From Candidatus Eiseniibacteriota bacterium (GTDB lineage Bacteria; Eisenbacteria; RBG-16-71-46; CAZAMP01): a DNA stretch of 64,000 nucleotides. The notes beneath the pieces are model-generated. The model did no database searches. It worked only from the letters and a program-made list of their open reading frames with translations, and was not told where the DNA came from. This document shows positions 1 to 9,482 of this stretch, in pieces; positions within the stretch are counted from its first letter, which is position 1, and each line of letters starts with the position of its first letter. The position numbers and the translations under genes are program-made. The stretch is taken from contig OZ245046.1 in NCBI GenBank assembly GCA_965224245.1, forward strand, positions 1,536,001-1,600,000. Direction: 5' to 3'.

Positions 1-2
1 AG

Positions 3-416
3 GTGCCGCTGGAGCGTGGAGCGGACCACTTCCGCCGTCGCGTCCGCATCACCCAGCAGGCGCTCGAGTCGCTCTCGACGCGACGCGACCTTCTGAACCC
101 GATCCGGCACGGCGTCTACGCGTACATCATCTTCGGCCACAAGGTGGCCCGGCGGCTCGCGTCGCCGTGCGTGCTCGCGCTGTTCCCCGTGAGCGCGCTG
201 GCGGCCCCCGAGGGCGCGCTCTACGTCCTCGCGTTCGCGCTCAACGTGCTCCTGTATGCCGCCGCGCTGGCCGGCGTCGTCCTGCGCGACCGCGTCCTGG
301 CCAGGCTCGCGGCCGCGGCCTCGTACTTCGTTCTCGGCAACGTCGCGACGACGGTCGGAATCTTCCACTTCCTCCGGGGCCAGCGGCGCGAGCTGTGGGA
401 GCCGGTGCGTTCGTGA
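3..416 (+). CDS. Glycosyltransferase family 2, C-terminal part (5' end outside window)
   Basis: 'RRRVRI...HKVARRLASP' followed by TM helices and a terminal 'W.P.R', typical of processive GT2 C-termini; stop overlaps next start (GTGA). Confidence 0.6.
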   Translation: MPLERGADHFRRRVRITQQALESLSTRRDLLNPIRHGVYAYIIFGHKVARRLASPCVLALFPVSALAAPEGALYVLAFALNVLLYAAALAGVVLRDRVLARLAAAASYFVLGNVATTVGIFHFLRGQRRELWEPVRS

Positions 417-1957
417 CCGCCGCGCCCCACGTCGAGAGCGTGCGCCTCGGCGCCGCCGTGCTCGCGGTCGCACGCGCCGGTCGATTCGCACTCGGGTTCC
501 TGGCCACGGTGCTGATCGCGCACGCGTTCGGTGCCACCGATGCCACCGATGCGTTCTTCGTGGCACGGATCCTCCCGATCACGTTCATGGACTGGGCGGG
601 CAACATCCTCAAGGTCGGCTTCATCCCGACGCATGCCGAGATCCTGGCCCGCGAGGGGGCGGAGACCGCCCGTCGGGTGTCGGGTCAGTTCGCGATCTAC
701 ACCATCGGGCTCTTCGGCCTGGTCGGACTCGCGTCTCTGGCCCTGGCGCCCTGGATCGTGAAAGGTCTGGCGCCCGGTCTCGACACGGCGGCCGCGGTGA
801 GCGCGGCCACGATGCTGCGGCAGCTCGCCCCGACGATCGTTCTCAGCGCGGCGTTCCTGGTGACCGAGACGCTTCTGAACGCGGGCCGTCACTTCTCGTC
901 CCCCGCCCGCGGCCGGATCGTGGGGCGCGTGGTCGTGGTGGTGGCGCTCGTCGTCCTGTCGCCGGTCGTGGGGGAGAGCGCGATGCCCCTGGCGTTCGTG
1001 GCCGGGATCGTCGCGCAGCTCGCCGGCGTCGGCGCGCCTCTCGGTGCGCTCCGGGGCGCCGTCGCCGGTGTGCCCTGGTCACCGCTGCTACCGGGCACGC
1101 GGCGCGTGATGGCGCTCCTCGGGCCCGCCGCGATCTGGATGCTCCTGGATCAGATGAAGTTCGTCGTGGATCAGAACTTCGCATCGCGGCTCCCGGCCGG
1201 CCAGCTCGCGGCGATCGGCTACGCGTTCCAGATCCTCCAGGTGGTGATCTCGGTCACCGCGGGCTCCTACCTGACCGCGCTCTTCCCGACGCTGTCCGAC
1301 CGCATGGCGAGCGACGCGAGCGTTCGCCCGGTGGCCGACGGCGCGCTGGCCAAGGTCGCGGTGGTCACGGGACTCCTGGCCGCGCTCCTGATGGGGGCGA
1401 CCGAGCCCAGCGTGCGCGCGCTGCTCGAGCGGGGAGCCTTCGATCGGGCGGCCGGCGCGTCGACGACGGACGCGCTCTTCTGGTACGCGCCGGGGATGCT
1501 GTTCATCGGCGCGAACATGGTGCTGAAGATCCTGATCTTCCTCGGCCGCCGGCTGGGGGCGATCGTGTGGGTGGGCGTCGGCGAGTTCGTCCTGAACGTC
1601 GCGCTCGACGCGGCCCTGGTCGGACCGATGGGGATCGGGGGGCTCGCGCTCGCGTCGAGCTTGACGACGCTGGTCGTGTTGGTGGCCGTGCCGTTCTACC
1701 TGGATCGGCAGGGCGTCCTCGGCGCCCGCGCGTGTCTGGGCGTGGTGGCGCGAGTCGGGCTCGCGGCGGCGGTCACGGTGGTGGCGATGCGTCTGGTGCT
1801 GGCCCGGGTCGACGTTCACGATCTCGGGTCGTCGCTCATGGCCCTCGCCATCGGGGGCGTGATCGGGATCGGGGTCTACGTCCCGCTGATCGGGGCGCTC
1901 GGGCTCTCGCCGCGCTCGCTCGTCACCCGACGCGCCCCGGGCTCGGCTCCGCGATGA
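413..1957 (+). CDS. MurJ/MviN-like (MOP superfamily) flippase
   Basis: GTG at 413 overlapping the upstream stop; 'AHAFGATDATDAFFVA', 'VVDQNFAS', 'LLERGAFD', 'GIGGLALASS'; many TM helices; lies between two GTs so may be a polysaccharide flippase. Confidence 0.8.
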   Translation: MTAAPHVESVRLGAAVLAVARAGRFALGFLATVLIAHAFGATDATDAFFVARILPITFMDWAGNILKVGFIPTHAEILAREGAETARRVSGQFAIYTIGLFGLVGLASLALAPWIVKGLAPGLDTAAAVSAATMLRQLAPTIVLSAAFLVTETLLNAGRHFSSPARGRIVGRVVVVVALVVLSPVVGESAMPLAFVAGIVAQLAGVGAPLGALRGAVAGVPWSPLLPGTRRVMALLGPAAIWMLLDQMKFVVDQNFASRLPAGQLAAIGYAFQILQVVISVTAGSYLTALFPTLSDRMASDASVRPVADGALAKVAVVTGLLAALLMGATEPSVRALLERGAFDRAAGASTTDALFWYAPGMLFIGANMVLKILIFLGRRLGAIVWVGVGEFVLNVALDAALVGPMGIGGLALASSLTTLVVLVAVPFYLDRQGVLGARACLGVVARVGLAAAVTVVAMRLVLARVDVHDLGSSLMALAIGGVIGIGVYVPLIGALGLSPRSLVTRRAPGSAPR

Positions 1958-3015
1958 GCCCGCGATCCGCCGAGCCGGGCGGGCCCGACCCGCACGCGGT
2001 CGCCCCGGGCACCGCGGCCGCGCCGCCGACCGTGGCGGAGCGTCCGGTCCCGGTCAGCGTGATCGTCCCCGTATTTCGCGCCGGCCGGACGCTGGGCGTC
2101 GCGCTGGAGTCGATCGCACGCACGACGCATGGCTCGATCGAGGTCATCGCCACGCTCGACGGATCACAGCCCGAGGCGGGAGCGATGCTCGAGGCACACG
2201 GCGTGCGGGTGCTGGAGATCCCGCACGCGGGACCCGCGGCCGCCCGCAATCACGCGGTGACCATGTCCACCGGCGAGATCCTCTTCTTCACCGATGCCGA
2301 CGTGGAGATCTTCGCCGACACGATCTCGCGCGGAGTGGCCGCGTTCCGGGCCGATCCCGAGCTGGATGCGCTGTTCGGCTCCTACACCGCCGGCGCCGGC
2401 GCGCCCGGCTTCTTCACGGCGTACAAGAACTACGTGCACCACCTCACCCACCAGGACGCCGGCGAGGACGCGTTCACGTTCTGGACGGGCTGTGGCTTCG
2501 TACGCCGGTCGGTGTTCGACGAGCTGGGGGGTTTCGACGACGGACAGCGCTTCCTCTCGGACGTGGAGTTCGGCTACCGCATGCACCTGGCCGGGAAACG
2601 GATCCGGATCGACAAGTCGATCCAGGTCGTCCACCACAAGCACTACGACCTTCGGGGGCTCGTCCGCTCGGACTTCTTCGGACGCGCGGTGCCGTGGAGC
2701 CGACTGATGATGCGACATCGCACCGTCGAGTCCGATCTGAACCTGAAGCCCGCGAACGTGCTCAGCGTGCCCCTGTCCTATCTGACGCTCCTGTCGCCCG
2801 CGCTGGGGTTCGTGGCCGCGCCGCTCGGGCTCGTGGCCCCGCTCGTCGGGCTCGGCGCGCTGGGCGCGCTCAACCACCGTCTGATCGGCTTCACGAAAGC
2901 GCGCGAGGGCACGACGTTTGCACTCGGCGTGCTCCTGACCCAGTGGGGGATCTACCTGATCAGCGGCGCCGGCGTGGTCGCCGCGCTCCTGGGCTATCGA
3001 TCGGGCGGTCGCTGA
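1954..3015 (+). CDS. Glycosyltransferase family 2 with C-terminal TM helices
   Basis: ATGA overlap; 'VSVIVPV', 'GPAAARNHA', 'FFTDADV' (DxD), 'LGGFD', 'SDVEFGYR'. Confidence 0.85.
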   Translation: MSPRSAEPGGPDPHAVAPGTAAAPPTVAERPVPVSVIVPVFRAGRTLGVALESIARTTHGSIEVIATLDGSQPEAGAMLEAHGVRVLEIPHAGPAAARNHAVTMSTGEILFFTDADVEIFADTISRGVAAFRADPELDALFGSYTAGAGAPGFFTAYKNYVHHLTHQDAGEDAFTFWTGCGFVRRSVFDELGGFDDGQRFLSDVEFGYRMHLAGKRIRIDKSIQVVHHKHYDLRGLVRSDFFGRAVPWSRLMMRHRTVESDLNLKPANVLSVPLSYLTLLSPALGFVAAPLGLVAPLVGLGALGALNHRLIGFTKAREGTTFALGVLLTQWGIYLISGAGVVAALLGYRSGGR

Positions 3016-3079
3016 GCGGCGTGCGTCCCACCGGGGGCATGAGCGCGCCCGAGCGCGCAGGGTGCGGCGCGATGGCGCG

Positions 3080-3108
3080 TTGAAAGCCCGCCTGGCGCCC
3101 GGTATGCT
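3080..3108 (+). promoter_or_regulatory. Putative sigma70-type promoter TTGAAA-N17-TATGCT
   Basis: Hexamers at 3080-3085 and 3103-3108 in the intergenic gap; same architecture at 49943-49971. Confidence 0.55.
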
Positions 3109-3198
3109 CCAGCCGCTCACGATCGGACGATCGGCCGAGCACCGTCGCTCCGTGGGGACGCGGCGGCTCGGGCGGGATGGCGTCGCTCACACGAGGAC

Positions 3199-4551
3199 AT
3201 GCCTCCGCCGGCATCCCAATCGCTCGGCCCGGCGCCCCGCGCGCCGGACGGGATCGAGGCGCAAGTGGCTCGTTTTCCTTGGCTGCTCGCTCTCGTGCTG
3301 GCCCTCGCGGGCTGCACGCCTGGCTATCTGGTCGACGGGGATGCCGCGATGGTGCGCGGCGACTACGGCGAGGCCGAGCGGGTGCTCCAGCGAGCCCTGA
3401 TCGTGCACCCCGACGACGCGCGCATCCTGAACCGGCTCGGCTGGGTCGCGCTGAAGGAGTCCCGGACCGACGCCGCGCTCGAGTATCTGACGCGGGCGCG
3501 TGAGCTGGATCCCACGAACGGCGAATCCATCCTCTACCTCGGCATGACCTACGAGGCGCGCGACGACGTGGACGCTGCGGTCGACACGTACCGGCACTAC
3601 GCGTCGCTGGGCGCGCTGTCTCGCGACAAGGGACGCATCCGCGATCGGCTGGAGGCGCTCTCGCGGCGACGGGCCGAGATCTGGGCCGTCGAGCGCCGAG
3701 CGGCCGAGGACAGTCTCGGGGCCGCGCCCACCGACGAGCGCTCGCTGGGCGTGGTCGCGATGTCCCTCTCGAGTGACGACGAGGACTACGCGGGTCTCGG
3801 CGCGGCGCTGGCCGGACAGCTCAGCACCGACCTGGCGAAGGTGCGTGCGCTGACGGTCGTCGAGCGTCTCCGACTCGATGCGATCCTGCGCGAGCTGGAG
3901 CTCGCCGCGTCGGGCGCGGTGGATTCGCGCACGGCCCCCCGCGTTGGACGGCTCCTCGGCGCGCGCACGATCGTGTCCGGCGACATCCTCCCGCTTCCCG
4001 ACGACGTGATCCGTGTCGACCTGGCCATCGTGGACACCGGCGCGGCCCGCGTGATGGCCCAGGTCGGTGACGAGGCGGCGGCCACGGACTTCTTCGAGCT
4101 GGAGTCGGCGCTCGCCTTCAGCATCCTGGACGTGATGGGCATCGAGATAAGCGAGCGCGAGCGGGAGGAGATCGCCCGCGCGCCGACGAGGTCCCTGGCC
4201 GCATTCCTCGCCTACGGGCGGGGCCTGGAGGCCGATCGCGCAGGGCGGCTCGCGGAGGCCGAGAGCGAATACCGGCAGGCTCTGGCCCTGGATCCCTCCT
4301 TCGCCGGCCCGAGCCAGGCGCTCGGCGACCTCGGAACGGGCGCCGTGCCCGTCAGCGATGCCATTGCCACGCTCACCCCGCCGTCCGCGGTGCCGGCAGG
4401 GGCACCCACGGTGGACGACCGGACGCTGGATCTTCTGGACGTGGTCGGTGACGGCACCTGGGGAGAGCGTCCCGACGACGGGCGCGTCGACCCGAATGCG
4501 TCCCAGGTCGAGATCCCGCGTCCGCCGACGCCACCGGAGGGGGGGAAGTAG
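3199..4551 (+). CDS. Lipoprotein with TPR repeats and CsgG/HfaB-like domain
   Basis: Lipobox 'LALAGC'; TPR-like helices; 'LTVVERLRLDAILRELEL...TAPRVGRLLGARTIVSG'; alternative GTG start at 3265. Confidence 0.7.
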   Translation: MPPPASQSLGPAPRAPDGIEAQVARFPWLLALVLALAGCTPGYLVDGDAAMVRGDYGEAERVLQRALIVHPDDARILNRLGWVALKESRTDAALEYLTRARELDPTNGESILYLGMTYEARDDVDAAVDTYRHYASLGALSRDKGRIRDRLEALSRRRAEIWAVERRAAEDSLGAAPTDERSLGVVAMSLSSDDEDYAGLGAALAGQLSTDLAKVRALTVVERLRLDAILRELELAASGAVDSRTAPRVGRLLGARTIVSGDILPLPDDVIRVDLAIVDTGAARVMAQVGDEAAATDFFELESALAFSILDVMGIEISEREREEIARAPTRSLAAFLAYGRGLEADRAGRLAEAESEYRQALALDPSFAGPSQALGDLGTGAVPVSDAIATLTPPSAVPAGAPTVDDRTLDLLDVVGDGTWGERPDDGRVDPNASQVEIPRPPTPPEGGK

Positions 4552-5658
4552 ATGCGCGCGATCAGGGTCACCGGGCTCCGAGCCGCGGTCTCCGCCGTCG
4601 TGCTCGCCGCCCTTCCATCGCTCGCGGCAGCGGGCGGTCACGTGACGGTCGGCGCGGGCGTCGATCGCTGGTCCTGGGACGAGGACGACGTCACCGAGGT
4701 CGGGACCACCGCGACGCTGGGCCTGGAGCTCACGCCGACGGTCACGCTGGAGGCCGTCACCGGATTCTCGGACGTCTCCACCGACATCGGTCCCGGGATC
4801 TCGGGGCTCACCGACACCCAGCTTCGCATCACGGCCGTTCCCCGGCCGGGGGCGATGCTGCGGCTCGGCGTGAACGGTCCCACCGGACAGAGCGAGTTCG
4901 ACGGCGAGGATCTCAGCGCGATCCTGTACCTGACCGATCGCCTGATGAGCATGCCCACGCGCGCGATCGGGCGTGGCGTCGACGTCGACCTGTCGGCCGC
5001 GTACGCCGTCCAGCTCGGATCGGCGGCGCTCGGCGGCGGCATCGGCTACCTCGTCCGCGGAACGCTCACGCCGTTCGCGGACGGAGGCGAGTACGATCCC
5101 GGGGACCGGCTGTCGCTGGCGCTGGGCCTGGATCTCGGGTCGCACGCCTGGCTCGTGCGGCAGAACCTGCGCGTGGCGACCTTCACCGAGGACGTGTACG
5201 ACGATGAGCCCCTGGTCGAGTCCGGCACGCGCGTGGAGTATGCGCTGCGCGGGGTCCGTCGGGCCGTCGGACGCGACCTCTGGGCCGCGTTCCAGTACCG
5301 GGACTTCGGTGAGGCCGAGGCCCGCTCGGACAGCCTCGACGACGCGTCGTTCAATACGGGCAGCCAGGGCGACGTCAAGGTGTCGATCGGCGCCGACCTG
5401 ACGCTCTCGCCGCGCTGGCGGCTGAACCTCTCGACCGGGCTCCGTTTCCTGTCCGAGAACGCCCAGGGCTCCGAAGGCGGAAACCGGTTCGACATCGGTG
5501 CGGACGCGTCCACGCGGCTGCGGCCCGATCTCGTCGTCTCGTTCGGCGCCGGCATCGGATCGGCGTCGGTGGACGCGGCGTCGTCGACGCTGGGCGTCGC
5601 CGACGATGCGTCGTTGACCGGCCTACGGGCCTCGCTCCGCGTGCGCCGGGAGTTCTGA
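4552..5658 (+). CDS. Outer-membrane beta-barrel protein
   Basis: Signal peptide, alternating amphipathic strands, C-terminal Phe ('SLRVRREF'). Confidence 0.65.
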   Translation: MRAIRVTGLRAAVSAVVLAALPSLAAAGGHVTVGAGVDRWSWDEDDVTEVGTTATLGLELTPTVTLEAVTGFSDVSTDIGPGISGLTDTQLRITAVPRPGAMLRLGVNGPTGQSEFDGEDLSAILYLTDRLMSMPTRAIGRGVDVDLSAAYAVQLGSAALGGGIGYLVRGTLTPFADGGEYDPGDRLSLALGLDLGSHAWLVRQNLRVATFTEDVYDDEPLVESGTRVEYALRGVRRAVGRDLWAAFQYRDFGEAEARSDSLDDASFNTGSQGDVKVSIGADLTLSPRWRLNLSTGLRFLSENAQGSEGGNRFDIGADASTRLRPDLVVSFGAGIGSASVDAASSTLGVADDASLTGLRASLRVRREF

Positions 5659-5736
5659 TGCCGCCTGAGGACCGCGCTGGACGCCCACGCCGTGCGCGTC
5701 CGGCGCGCGGGGGCTCTCACGCGAGCGGGTGAGGCC

Positions 5737-7911
5737 ATGGACGAGCTGCCTCGCTACATCCGTCACGTCGGTGAGGTGCTGGCGTCCGCGCTCGCCGACA
5801 CGCACGAGAACGTGACGTATCTCGATCGCGGCGGCATGAGCGTGTTGTTCACCGCCGACCACAAGAAGCTCCGGCAGCGTCACGCGATCAAGGTGTTCAC
5901 CCACGACAGCACGGACGTCGACGACGCGTTCCGGCGCTTCGAGCGTGAAGCGGTCCAGATCGCCAAGCTGAATCACCCGCACATCCGGCGCATCCACGAC
6001 GCCCGCGATCTGCCGGATGCCCGGCTCTCGTTCATGGTCATGGATTTCGTCGACGGCGACAGCCTGTCGGTGCGGCTGAAGCGCGAGTCGATCTCGGTGG
6101 CCGACGGCATCGCGATCGCGTCCCAGGTCACCGGCGCGCTCGGGGCCGCGCACGACCAGGGCATCATCCACCGTGACATCAAGCCCGGGAACGTGCTCCT
6201 GGATCGGGACGGGAAGGCGTATCTGGCCGACTTCGGGATTGCCCGGGATTCGGCCGATCCGGCGCTCACCCAGGCCAACGCGGTTCCGGGAACCGAGCGC
6301 TTCATGGCGCCCGAGCTGTTCGACGGGGTGCCGGCCACCGCCCGCAGCGACCTGTACGCGCTGGGCTGCCTCCTGTACCGGATGTGGCTCGGCGAGGACC
6401 CCTACGCCCGGATCGGGCTGCGGCTGAAGGCCGAGATCGACGCCGGCGTCGTGCACGAGCCCGTGGCTCCCCGGTCGCGGCGGTCCGACCTGCCGCCTCG
6501 CGTGGCGGAGCTGATGGTCGGTCTGGTCGCGATCGACCCGAACCGGCGTCCCGGCGGCTGCCGGGAAGTGCTCCGCGTGCTCGAGGGGGCGCGCGAGTCC
6601 GAGCTGTCCGATCCGACGCTGATGGATGCCACCGAGCGGACCCTGTGGCGCGCGTCCTCCGGGGGCGACGTTCCGACCGGCGGCGCCAGCGGTGGGCCCG
6701 CCGTCGGCGACCGCACCGACCCGCGGACGACCGACACCCCGGCGCCTGCCGGATCGCACGAGGCGCCGGTCGACACGCGCACGGAACGGGCGCCGGCGGA
6801 TCGGACCCGGGCGAGGCCGCGCTGGATCGCGTGGACGGCGGCCGCCGCCGGCGTCCTCGCGTGCGTGATCGCGTTCTGGGTCTGGCGCACATCGACCGGC
6901 GAGACGCCACGGGGCCCCGGCCCGGGCAGCGCGGTGTCGCTGCAGGTCGTCTCCGAGCTGGAGCTGCCGCCGGAGGGTCCCGCGTCCCTTCGCGTGCGGG
7001 TCTCCGGAGGGGAGGGCCGGGAGCTCGCGCTCACGGCGTTCCCGGAGGGGGGCGTCGCGTGCGGGACACCCGCGGACGGGTCCGGGGTTCAGAACTCGGA
7101 CGGATCGATCGTACAGGTGATCGACGCGGGTGCGCCGCGTCCGGCCACCGTGGAGGTCGCCGTGTCGGCCGCCGACGGCGCGGCCGGTCCGAACGTCGGA
7201 TCGGTTCTCGTCGAGCTGCGCGACGACGGCCGGCTGGTCGGCAGCGAGCGCGTCTCGGTTCGAGCCGTGGCGCCGGCCGGCCCGGCGGTGGTCGGCGTCA
7301 CGATCGCCCGCGAGGGGGGGCGGGGCGGCGAGCGGGTCGGGGAGCCGGCGCGCGTCCGGGTGTCGGTCACGAACGACGGTGCGGCGCGCACCGGGGAGGT
7401 CGACGTTCATCTCTTCGTCGAGTCGGTTCGAGCCGACGTCGACGACGCCGCGCACACGCTGGATCCGATCGAGCCCGGTGACACGGCCGAGGTGGTCGCG
7501 ACGGTGACGCCGCGCGACGGCGGGCGGCTCAGCATCGGGGCGCGAGTCGGGGACGGCACCGAGGTGGCCGAGGTGATCCGCACGACGTCCTGGCAGGTGG
7601 CGGCGAGACCGACTCCGCCGGCGGGGCCGCGTACGGTCCGTGTCCGGTGCCGGGTCGAGGGGCTGGCGACCACCGACGACGGACGGCAGCCGGTGGTGTT
7701 CGCGAACGGGCGTGAGGTCGGCCGGGCGCCGCTCGTCTTCGAGTTCGAGGCCCGGGACGGCGACACGATCGAGGTCACGGCCACGAGGGCCGGGTACACG
7801 TACGAGAGGCAAGGAGATCTCATCACCGTTCGTCCGGAAACCGATGAGTATCGGGTGGTCTTCACGGCCAAGCCGGCGTGGAATCTGTCCGGGGGACGCG
7901 ACGGAGGCTAG
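5737..7911 (+). CDS. Membrane-anchored Hanks-type Ser/Thr protein kinase (kinase 1) with extracytoplasmic Ig/CARDB- and PEGA-like domains
   Basis: 'RGGMSVLF', 'AIK', 'HRDIKPGN', 'DFG', 'GT..FMAPE', 'SDLYALG'; Pro/Thr-rich linker; one TM helix; beta-rich C-terminal part. Confidence 0.9.
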   Translation: MDELPRYIRHVGEVLASALADTHENVTYLDRGGMSVLFTADHKKLRQRHAIKVFTHDSTDVDDAFRRFEREAVQIAKLNHPHIRRIHDARDLPDARLSFMVMDFVDGDSLSVRLKRESISVADGIAIASQVTGALGAAHDQGIIHRDIKPGNVLLDRDGKAYLADFGIARDSADPALTQANAVPGTERFMAPELFDGVPATARSDLYALGCLLYRMWLGEDPYARIGLRLKAEIDAGVVHEPVAPRSRRSDLPPRVAELMVGLVAIDPNRRPGGCREVLRVLEGARESELSDPTLMDATERTLWRASSGGDVPTGGASGGPAVGDRTDPRTTDTPAPAGSHEAPVDTRTERAPADRTRARPRWIAWTAAAAGVLACVIAFWVWRTSTGETPRGPGPGSAVSLQVVSELELPPEGPASLRVRVSGGEGRELALTAFPEGGVACGTPADGSGVQNSDGSIVQVIDAGAPRPATVEVAVSAADGAAGPNVGSVLVELRDDGRLVGSERVSVRAVAPAGPAVVGVTIAREGGRGGERVGEPARVRVSVTNDGAARTGEVDVHLFVESVRADVDDAAHTLDPIEPGDTAEVVATVTPRDGGRLSIGARVGDGTEVAEVIRTTSWQVAARPTPPAGPRTVRVRCRVEGLATTDDGRQPVVFANGREVGRAPLVFEFEARDGDTIEVTATRAGYTYERQGDLITVRPETDEYRVVFTAKPAWNLSGGRDGG

Positions 7912-7913
7912 AC

Positions 7914-8921
7914 ATGAAACGCAGGATCGCAATGTTGACGATGGGCCTCGGGGTCGCGCTGGTCGTGACCTCGGGTACCTGGGCCGCGGAGTCGGTCGCG
8001 ACGCTCGATGATGCCCTGGCCGCCTACTACGACGCGGAGTTCGAGACGGCGACCGACGTGCTCGGGCGCTACCTCGACCGGGCCGACCTGGACTCAGAGT
8101 CGCGGGCCGAGGGGCTTCTGTATCTGGCGAAGGTTCAGTGGGCGCGCTCCTCGGAGTCGGGCGCGCGGGCCGCGCTGGAGGAGATTCGCGCGTTCATGCC
8201 CGACTATCGGCCCGAGATGCGCAAGGTGCTCGACATCAAGAACCTCTACTTCGACGTGTTCGGGGCCGCGCTGTCGCGTGAGCCCGGCATCCACACGATC
8301 GCGATCGTGGACTTCACGAACGACTCGTTCGGGAAGGACAAGGAAGAGCTCGAGGGCATGGGCCGCGGCATCGCGCACCTCCTGATCGCCGAGCTCGGAC
8401 ACGCGTTGAACGTGCGCGTCGTGGAGCGCGAACGGCTCGACTACCTGCTGAAGGAGCATGAGCTCAGCAAGTCCGATCTCGTGGACCCCGAGACGGCCGT
8501 CCAGGCCGGCAAGCTCCTCGGCGCGCAGTCGTTCCTGATGGGTGGCTACATGAAGATCGGCGATCGGATGCAGATGTATCCGCGACTCGTCGTGACCGAG
8601 ACCGGCGAGATCAAGCCGCTGAGCCGCGGTCGGATCGAGGGCGACTTCGACGACCTGGCCGAGCTGATCGACGACCTGGCCAGGGCGCTCGTGGAGGACG
8701 TCGGCGGCGTTCTGGAAGGGGAGACCGATCGTTCCGGCGCGCCGGGCATCGACGCGCTGAAGCGCTACGTCGACGGCCTGGAGCGGCTGGACCGCGGAGA
8801 CCTGGACGGAGCCGCGATGGCCTTCCAGGCGGCGCTCGACGCGCATCCGCAGTACGAGGAGGCGGAGGCCTACCTGATCGAGATCCAGCCCCTGGTCGCG
8901 ATGGCCGACACCGATCAGTAG
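7914..8921 (+). CDS. Exported TPR + CsgG/HfaB-like protein
   Basis: Signal peptide 'MKRRIAML..WA'; 'TIAIVDFTN', 'VRVVERERLDYLLKE', 'AVQAGKLLGA'; TPR-like helices at both ends. Confidence 0.7.
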   Translation: MKRRIAMLTMGLGVALVVTSGTWAAESVATLDDALAAYYDAEFETATDVLGRYLDRADLDSESRAEGLLYLAKVQWARSSESGARAALEEIRAFMPDYRPEMRKVLDIKNLYFDVFGAALSREPGIHTIAIVDFTNDSFGKDKEELEGMGRGIAHLLIAELGHALNVRVVERERLDYLLKEHELSKSDLVDPETAVQAGKLLGAQSFLMGGYMKIGDRMQMYPRLVVTETGEIKPLSRGRIEGDFDDLAELIDDLARALVEDVGGVLEGETDRSGAPGIDALKRYVDGLERLDRGDLDGAAMAFQAALDAHPQYEEAEAYLIEIQPLVAMADTDQ

Positions 8922-8954
8922 GGACCTCGACCGGATCGGCCGCGGTGCGCCGCG

Positions 8955-9482
8955 TCAGGCGCCGGTGCGCCGCGGCTCGGGCGGGGGCGCGAACAACGCC
9001 ACGCCGAGCGTGGTCTCGCCGACCACGAAACGCTGTCGCTGGACGAGCGGCTCGTACGTCATCGGAGCCGGATCGGACGGCTTGCGGCGAACGCAGAGCG
9101 TGAGCCCCCGCGGTCGCACGGCCAGCTTGGCCAGGCAGTCGGTCAGGTCCTCGCGAACGGCCCGGATGCCACCGCGCGCATCGTCCACGAAGCTGAGCGG
9201 CGTGTCGCCGTCGCGGAGCTCGAGAATCTCGACCGGCTCCTGCGCATGGGGGTCGATGCCGTAGAGTCGACCCTTCACCGGCCACGCGACCCCGCGCAGA
9301 CACGCCGGTCCGTCGTAGGGGTCGAGCTCGGGCCAGATCACGGGGCACTGCGGACACTCGGTGGCCCCGATGGGCAGGACGTGTCCCTTGGCACAGACGC
9401 GGACGGGATCGATCGACTTGCCGCACACGGCGCACACCGTCGCCCGGAGATCGTTCTCGGCGTAGCACTGCCCGCACTTCAT
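8955..9482 (-). CDS. Double Zn-ribbon protein with possible degenerate FHA-like beta domain
   Basis: 'CGQC..CAVC' and 'CAKGH..CPQC'; start overlaps the upstream stop (ATGA); C-terminus 'LVQRQRFVVGETTLGV' resembles the end of FHA domains. Confidence 0.6.
   Translation of the reverse strand: MKCGQCYAENDLRATVCAVCGKSIDPVRVCAKGHVLPIGATECPQCPVIWPELDPYDGPACLRGVAWPVKGRLYGIDPHAQEPVEILELRDGDTPLSFVDDARGGIRAVREDLTDCLAKLAVRPRGLTLCVRRKPSDPAPMTYEPLVQRQRFVVGETTLGVALFAPPPEPRRTGA

Noticed and set aside
167-3015. Long N-terminal extensions in the ORF track (also 11085, 27134, 36699, 42043, 51747, 56377 and others) suggesting fusions
   Set aside because: Recognisable domains start at internal codons that overlap or abut the upstream stop; the extensions are shadows of the preceding gene
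3199-8921. Curli secretion system
   Set aside because: Only CsgG-like domains; no curlin repeats or CsgE/F recognised
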